Under the pieces are notes generated by a model. The model worked only from the letters and a program-made list of their open reading frames with translations, had not been told where the DNA came from and made no database searches. The translations under genes were made by a program, and so were the position numbers. DNA of 41,213 bases from a virus (Duplodnaviria; Caudoviricetes), in IMG/VR virus record IMGVR_UViG_3300031953_000047, positions 1 through 41,213 of that record; one strand, given 5' to 3'. Below, piece by piece: positions 36,334 to 41,213 of the stretch. Each line of letters begins with the position of its first letter. Position 1 is the first letter of the stretch.

Positions 36334-36650
36334 GCATGATGACCGAGCGTCAGAGGGTCGCCATAGCCGAGCGGATCACGGAGGCGCGCGAGACGTACGG
36401 CGTTGAGATCAGCGACTGGAGTCCGCACCGCTGGGAATGGCGGTCGATCTTCCGCGAAGAGACCCGACCCGGGCGTGGTCACGACCTTGACCTGTTGTTC
36501 CTCGACGGCGAGTCAATCGTGCAAATCACGATAGACCCATACGGCAACGGGGCAATGAGCATCGGGCTAACCGAATGGACCCATAACAGCGCTGACGACG
36601 AGTGCGAGTGCGAGCCATGCACTACTGAACGCGCGGAGGAAGACGAATGA
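36330..36650 (+). CDS. hypothetical protein
   Basis: Coupled ORF. Confidence 0.55.
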   Translation: MSMMTERQRVAIAERITEARETYGVEISDWSPHRWEWRSIFREETRPGRGHDLDLLFLDGESIVQITIDPYGNGAMSIGLTEWTHNSADDECECEPCTTERAEEDE

Positions 36651-36901
36651 GCACACCGAGAGAGTCACTGGCCCTGACCATCGCGACGGCAATTGAGGTG
36701 CAGGAAAGTGACCGTGTGCGTGTTGCCGAGGTGACGGCATTCGACCTGCACATTGCCGATGCTGTGATTGCGGCGGGGTGGATGAAGACGAAGCCTGTAA
36801 GCGAATGCATAGTCCCAGGTTATGGGTGGATACCTTGCCCGAAGCCCGATACGTGCGGCAACCCGACCCGAACGATATTTATCTCAGGGGGGAACGCATG
36901 A
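36647..36901 (+). CDS. hypothetical protein
   Basis: Coupled ORF. Confidence 0.5.
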   Translation: MSTPRESLALTIATAIEVQESDRVRVAEVTAFDLHIADAVIAAGWMKTKPVSECIVPGYGWIPCPKPDTCGNPTRTIFISGGNA

Positions 36902-37530
36902 CCGACCTGCTCTCAGCAGTGGACAGCCTCACCAAACCGCGCCACTCCAAGACCGTGCAATCCAACGAGGCCGGCATCACCTGCGTCTCCCCCGTTGAGT
37001 TGCCGCCGTTGCTCGATGACCTCAACGAAGCCATTTACGCAAGCATGGGCGGCAACACGTCGGGCGCATCGGACCCGGCAACCCGTGCACCCGTCAACAT
37101 CCTGGCGTTGCAGACACTCATGCGGATCTCGGATCAGGTCGCCGGTTGGGCTCGCATGGCTGGTGTGACCGTCGACAAAGAGAACACCACATCCACGTTG
37201 AGACGCTGGTATGTGAAGTTCTCGGAGCGGCAGATCAGCGGCGAGGTCGAAAGCATGTACGTGTCGCAGATGAAGGCGTGGGAGTCGCAGATCATCAACG
37301 CGCTCGACCCGCCGCGGGAAAAGGATCTGCCGGGTGCATGTCCAAGCTGTTCTGCGGTCGAATGGTGGCAGGCGGCAACAGGGGAGCGATTCAGCCGCCC
37401 GCTCGTCATCCGGTACCGTCCCGACGATGAAGACATGATCGGGAACGCGACCGGAACATGCAGGGCGTGCACGAAGGTGTGGAGTGCACGCGAGTTGCAA
37501 TATGAGATTGAGGAAGCCGAAGCAGGATGA
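36898..37530 (+). CDS. Zn-ribbon protein, putative late-gene regulator
   Basis: LPPLL..L, CPSC ... CRAC..W; last early gene, immediately before late promoter. Confidence 0.6.
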   Translation: MTDLLSAVDSLTKPRHSKTVQSNEAGITCVSPVELPPLLDDLNEAIYASMGGNTSGASDPATRAPVNILALQTLMRISDQVAGWARMAGVTVDKENTTSTLRRWYVKFSERQISGEVESMYVSQMKAWESQIINALDPPREKDLPGACPSCSAVEWWQAATGERFSRPLVIRYRPDDEDMIGNATGTCRACTKVWSARELQYEIEEAEAG

Positions 37531-37544
37531 CGCGCCCGGGGTAG

Positions 37545-37573
37545 TTGCGCTACGTTCCAAAATGTGGGATACT
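37545..37573 (+). promoter_or_regulatory. putative late promoter
   Basis: TTGCGC-N17-GATACT with TG extension. Confidence 0.5.
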
Positions 37574-37609
37574 TGCATCACGCAGTTATTCCATGCCTAA
37601 AATCATGGA

Positions 37610-37646
37610 GAAAGGGCCTTTCACTTCGGTGAGAGGCCCTTTTTTT
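37610..37646 (+). terminator. intrinsic terminator
   Basis: aaagggcctttcac-ttcg-gtgagaggcccttt plus T run. Confidence 0.85.
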
Positions 37647-37699
37647 ATGCCCAAATACTCCCCAAATCGCCACCCCGAGCACCACGTATGCCCAATCGC

Positions 37700-38050
37700 A
37701 GGCAATCATCGGGCGAGTGCAGCGGTTAGGGATGTCCTGTCAGTGGTCACATCCACTGCTCCCCCGGTTGGCTCACCGGCAGGCAGGAAAAACGAGAAGG
37801 CGGGCGATACGGGACAGCGGCTAAAAGCCGAACGCCGTGATCGCCCGCCCACCACATACTTGCCACCCAAACCTGTACCGAATGGGCCGTCACCGCGAGC
37901 TCTGCGGCGGCAAGAAACGAGCGATAACTGAATAGAGCAGCGTGGCCCCGTGCTGGCATAACGGGGCACTTCAAGCAACGCAGGTAGCCCGCACTAATGC
38001 CGGTGAAGCGTTATGCCCGAGATGTCTATGGACTGCCTCGGGCTGCTTGC
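37700..38050 (+). ncRNA. structured non-coding region (multiple hairpin domains)
   Basis: No credible ORF; serial stems, e.g. ggcgggcgat/atcgcccgcc, cttgcc/ggcaag, gccccgt/acggggc, gcccgag/ctcgggc. Confidence 0.45.
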
Positions 38051-38097
38051 ACCCTTTGCAGTAAATCCCCAGGCACACTCTCGCTAAGGAGTAAGTC

Positions 38098-38364
38098 ATG
38101 GCAATGGTCCCGAAACTGCCCCCGATGGATGACGCGCCCACACCAGTCGCGCCAGTTCCCGAACGTGTGTACACGCTGACCGGTGAACGCTCCGACTGCT
38201 GCCCATCACGCGCGTATGCGAGGGCAACGATGTTCGACGTGGCGCTCCTTTTTTGCTGCCATCACTGGGCCGAACACCGCGGCATCATCACCGAGCTCAC
38301 ATGTGACTGGGTGGATGAGACAGAGGCCGTGCTGCTCAAGACCGGCACCGTTTCGGACGTGTAG
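38098..38364 (+). CDS. Zn-binding hypothetical protein
   Basis: SD aaggag; DCC...A......LLFCCHH motif. Confidence 0.7.
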   Translation: MAMVPKLPPMDDAPTPVAPVPERVYTLTGERSDCCPSRAYARATMFDVALLFCCHHWAEHRGIITELTCDWVDETEAVLLKTGTVSDV

Positions 38365-38379
38365 GCCTTCCCAATTACT

Positions 38380-38501
38380 CGCAATGAGTGCAGGCGTGAC
38401 CAGGTGGCTCCCTCAAGGCTTCGGCCGTCGTTGAGGCGTACCTTAAGCATCTGACTCCGGTCTATACAGGGGGCGAAAGGTGACTCCCTGCACCCATTGC
38501 G
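38380..38501 (+). ncRNA. ~120-nt multibranch structured RNA candidate
   Basis: Closing stem cgcaatgagtgcagg/cctgcacccattgcg; inner cctcaa/ttgagg and ggc-ttcg-gcc. Confidence 0.4.
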
Positions 38502-38561
38502 GCATCCCACGCATTCCTCAAGACGTACGACTCAATGAGTCACTGACTGCAAGGGGCCACA

Positions 38562-39851
38562 TTGTCATTGCTAGATGACGCTCTCTACATGGTCGACCTG
38601 AGAAACACCGACCTCCGCGCACCCGCCATCGCTACCAAGTGGCGCATTGGCAACTCAACCGTCAAAGATCACCGCAAGAAGCTCAGCATCAAAGCACAGC
38701 CCGCCGACACCGCAACCGTGCTCTCAGGGAAAGCCGAAGAAACACTAGACGGCGGCGAATTCAAAGACGTTCAGACGACCGAGAAAATCGGTACCGACTG
38801 GACGCGCATATTTGAGCGCTTCCAGATCGACCCCAACATCTTCGAGATCGTTGACGACACCGTGCGCATGTCCACCTGGCAGCAGTCAAAGGCGCTGGAA
38901 GATGGCACGCGCGACGTCGTAAACCTGTTCTCATACTCCGCACGATTCACTCGCAAGGTTGAAGCGCTCGTGGACGTTCGGGAAATTGCCGATTCCCTCC
39001 GTAAGTGGAAGCCCACCCAGAACAACACGCCCCGCATGGGGCCGCCCGTGACGATGTTTGTTGGCTGGGCTGACTGGCAGCTCGGCAAGGGCGAAGGTGA
39101 CGGCACCAAGGGCACCACGCAGCGCATCCTTGACAGCTTCCAGGCAACAACAGACCGCATCACGGCCATGCGCAAACGTGGCATCAACGTTGACGGCCTC
39201 CTGCTCGCCAACATGGGCGACCACACCGAAGCCGTCACAGGTCACTACACATCACAGACCTACTCCGTCGACCTCAACCAGCGCGACCAGTTGAACCTCG
39301 CCATCGAGCTGAACCTGACCGGCATCAAGGCACTCGCCCCGATGTTCGATCAGGTCACCTACTCTGCGACACTCTGCAACCACGGACAGTGGCAGCGAGT
39401 CGCCGGCAAAGCGCTCACCGACGACTCAGACAACTCGACCGGGTTCATCGGTGACACGCTGCACACCGTATGCGACCTGCACTCGGCGCTCAGTCACATG
39501 GACTGGATCATCCCGCGCGACGAGATGATAACCACGGGCACGTTCTCCGGTGTGAACCTCGCAATGGCTCACGGCCACAAGATCGGCAGTGCTGAGGACA
39601 CATGGCTTGCCAAGCAGTCACTATGGCTGCAAGCAACTCGCCGGTTCGAGACTGAGCTATGGGCCACCGCACACCGACACACCGCATCCGTTGAGGACTT
39701 CGGGCCATACAGTCGCATTCAGAACAGCACGAACGACCCCGGCTCCAAGTCATTCACTGACGCGACTGGGAAGTTCAGCACTCAGGGCACGACGACCTTC
39801 CTCATTGGGGCGCACCTGAAGCGCAAGTACTCAGACTGGGAAGTGCTGTGA
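38562..39851 (+). CDS. calcineurin-like metallophosphoesterase (Mre11/SbcD-like) with N-terminal HTH
   Basis: ADWQLG, MGD, CNHG, AHGH, AHRH motifs. Confidence 0.8.
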   Translation: MSLLDDALYMVDLRNTDLRAPAIATKWRIGNSTVKDHRKKLSIKAQPADTATVLSGKAEETLDGGEFKDVQTTEKIGTDWTRIFERFQIDPNIFEIVDDTVRMSTWQQSKALEDGTRDVVNLFSYSARFTRKVEALVDVREIADSLRKWKPTQNNTPRMGPPVTMFVGWADWQLGKGEGDGTKGTTQRILDSFQATTDRITAMRKRGINVDGLLLANMGDHTEAVTGHYTSQTYSVDLNQRDQLNLAIELNLTGIKALAPMFDQVTYSATLCNHGQWQRVAGKALTDDSDNSTGFIGDTLHTVCDLHSALSHMDWIIPRDEMITTGTFSGVNLAMAHGHKIGSAEDTWLAKQSLWLQATRRFETELWATAHRHTASVEDFGPYSRIQNSTNDPGSKSFTDATGKFSTQGTTTFLIGAHLKRKYSDWEVL

Positions 39852-40108
39852 CAAGCAAAGGAGTCACCATCACCCATCCAGTGACCGACGCTGACAAGTT
39901 CATCGGCTCCCGGGTCTCGTTCCTGTTCTATCCCGGTTGGGAAGAACCCGAACGAATGACCGGATGGCTTCACGGTGTATCACGGTCCGACCCGACGGAC
40001 CAAGACCAGATGACATGGCTGCACATCAGCGACGAGGAAACGTTAGCTGATGGTGAAGACGGGCGCGGCTTGGGTGGTTACGCGGCCGACAGCTTCGACG
40101 TGCTGTAA
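39848..40108 (+). CDS. hypothetical protein
   Basis: GTGA-coupled. Confidence 0.55.
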   Translation: MTSKGVTITHPVTDADKFIGSRVSFLFYPGWEEPERMTGWLHGVSRSDPTDQDQMTWLHISDEETLADGEDGRGLGGYAADSFDVL

Positions 40109-40155
40109 CCGTCAACACGTAGGCACATCGGTATGCAGGTTGATACCCATGCACC

Positions 40156-40196
40156 CGGTCTTATCACCGTCAACCATGACGACGGTGATAGGGCCG
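40156..40196. terminator. long intergenic hairpin
   Basis: cggtcttatcaccgtc / gacggtgatagggccg. Confidence 0.4.
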
Positions 40197-40220
40197 TCAC
40201 ATACGCATTGGAGGCCGCAC

Positions 40221-40382
40221 ATGAGCAAAGGCAACCGTGACCAACGCGGACGACCACGCTCCACCAAACACTGCCCCGAAGCTAAGAACGGCGGCTGTGA
40301 CTATTGCGTCACCGGCGACTGCAAACGAGCAGCACGACGCAAAGACAGGCACGACGCACGGAACGATGAGAGGGCATCGTGA
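40221..40382 (+). CDS. small basic Cys-containing protein
   Basis: SD ggagg; MSKGNRDQRGRPR...CDYC. Confidence 0.55.
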   Translation: MSKGNRDQRGRPRSTKHCPEAKNGGCDYCVTGDCKRAARRKDRHDARNDERAS

Positions 40383-40490
40383 CTGACCCCCGAGTATGCG
40401 ACGTTTGCGGGCGACACTGGCCCGTCATCTCAGTTGCGCAGACGTGTACGCATAAGCCGCAACCTAGTGACTGGTGACCATGCGTACGGG

Positions 40491-40799
40491 TTAGGCGACC
40501 TGGGCCGCACGCACCGCTTCCACGATGGGAGCGAACGCCGGCCACTGAGCCTTCGTGAAGATGATCGAGTTCTCATGCGACAGATCAGGGACGGCCTGAG
40601 CAGGCGCACCCGTCAACTTGAACACCACATGCCCGTTCGTCATGAGCCCCGAGCCCTTCACCACAACCTCGGCGATCAGAGACGCCGGGAACGAACGCTC
40701 AGCCGAACCATGCCCCATACGTGCAGACAACCCCTCCCGCTTGATCGTCACAGTGGCGCCGTCAAAGACGACCTGACCATTCTTACCCTTGGCTTCCAT
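40491..40799 (-). CDS. DUF4429-like (PH-like) moron protein
   Basis: AKGKNGQVVFDGATVTIKR, NG.VVF, ENSI.F; leaderless TACCCT-N7-ATG. Confidence 0.7.
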   Translation of the reverse strand: MEAKGKNGQVVFDGATVTIKREGLSARMGHGSAERSFPASLIAEVVVKGSGLMTNGHVVFKLTGAPAQAVPDLSHENSIIFTKAQWPAFAPIVEAVRAAQVA

Positions 40800-40863
40800 G
40801 TGCCCTAGGGTAGCGCGAAACTAACCCCCACCCCATAGGCAATCCCCGGAGGGGGTGTGAACC

Positions 40864-41157
40864 ATGCCCCCCCAGTACCGCAACGATCGCGCATACGTGG
40901 CCAAGCGTGAAGCCCTCAAGCGGCAGGCACGCAAGACCGGGGCGCCATGCCACCTATGCGGGAAGCCCTTCAACTTCGACCTTGACTGGAAGCATTCGAT
41001 GGCGTTCACCGCTGACCACCTCGACGCAGTAGGCAACGGCGGCTCCATGACAGGGCAGCTCAAGCCAGCGCACAGATCATGCAACGCACGCCGCGGAAAG
41101 AAGAAACTCGGCGACGTGGCACCCCTCAAGGCGCCCCGCACGTCGAGGGCATGGTGA
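40864..41157 (+). CDS. HNH endonuclease (packaging-associated)
   Basis: CHLCG, ADH, PAHRSCNARRG; last gene before the genome end. Confidence 0.9.
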   Translation: MPPQYRNDRAYVAKREALKRQARKTGAPCHLCGKPFNFDLDWKHSMAFTADHLDAVGNGGSMTGQLKPAHRSCNARRGKKKLGDVAPLKAPRTSRAW

Positions 41158-41213
41158 CCGGACGGTGACCGAGGGCAGGGGGCACATGCCCCTCCCCCCT
41201 GCCCCCTGCGCCA
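41158..41213 (+). other. probable cos-proximal genome end
   Basis: G/C-run-rich non-coding end between HNH and (circularly) terS. Confidence 0.55.

Noticed and set aside
38440-38490. Hammerhead ribozyme (ctga...gaaa)
   Set aside because: CUGA is followed by CUC rather than NGA, and the helices do not fit the core

Overview
The window reads as an essentially complete ~41.2 kb temperate siphovirus genome of a high-GC actinobacterial host. The host range is inferred from gene content, leaderless promoters and codon bias; Microbacteriaceae/Micrococcales is plausible but not proven. It opens just before the terminase small subunit and closes just after a packaging-type HNH gene. Gene order: packaging/head (terS, terL, portal, minor capsid, scaffold, MCP, inserted HNH), head-tail and tail genes (frameshifted tail assembly chaperone, tape measure, minor tails), lysis (M23 endolysin, holins), a tail-spike-like polysaccharide deacetylase facing a reverse-strand glycosyltransferase, and an accessory block around attP (3' half of tRNA-Arg UCU). 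Then come a tyrosine integrase, an XRE repressor/Cro switch, early genes (tRNA-like element, RusA-like resolvase, YqaJ exonuclease, initiator, helicase loader, SSB), a late promoter/terminator with a long structured non-coding leader, a metallophosphoesterase, a DUF4429-like moron and the HNH. The best candidate for a new system is a PafBC-type DNA-damage promoter (TGTCGG-N10-TATGGT) between int and the repressor. It points at a 62-aa ORF that resembles the repressor minus its HTH and overlaps the repressor gene in antisense, which would offer an induction route without LexA-type autocleavage. Other highlights: a recoded capsid 3' end holding the HNH promoter, a 73-bp repeat bracketing attP, a stand-alone integrase arm domain, a pseudoknot switch before the tail chaperone, and large structured ncRNA regions. 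All protein-family calls are from motif recognition by eye, not database searches.
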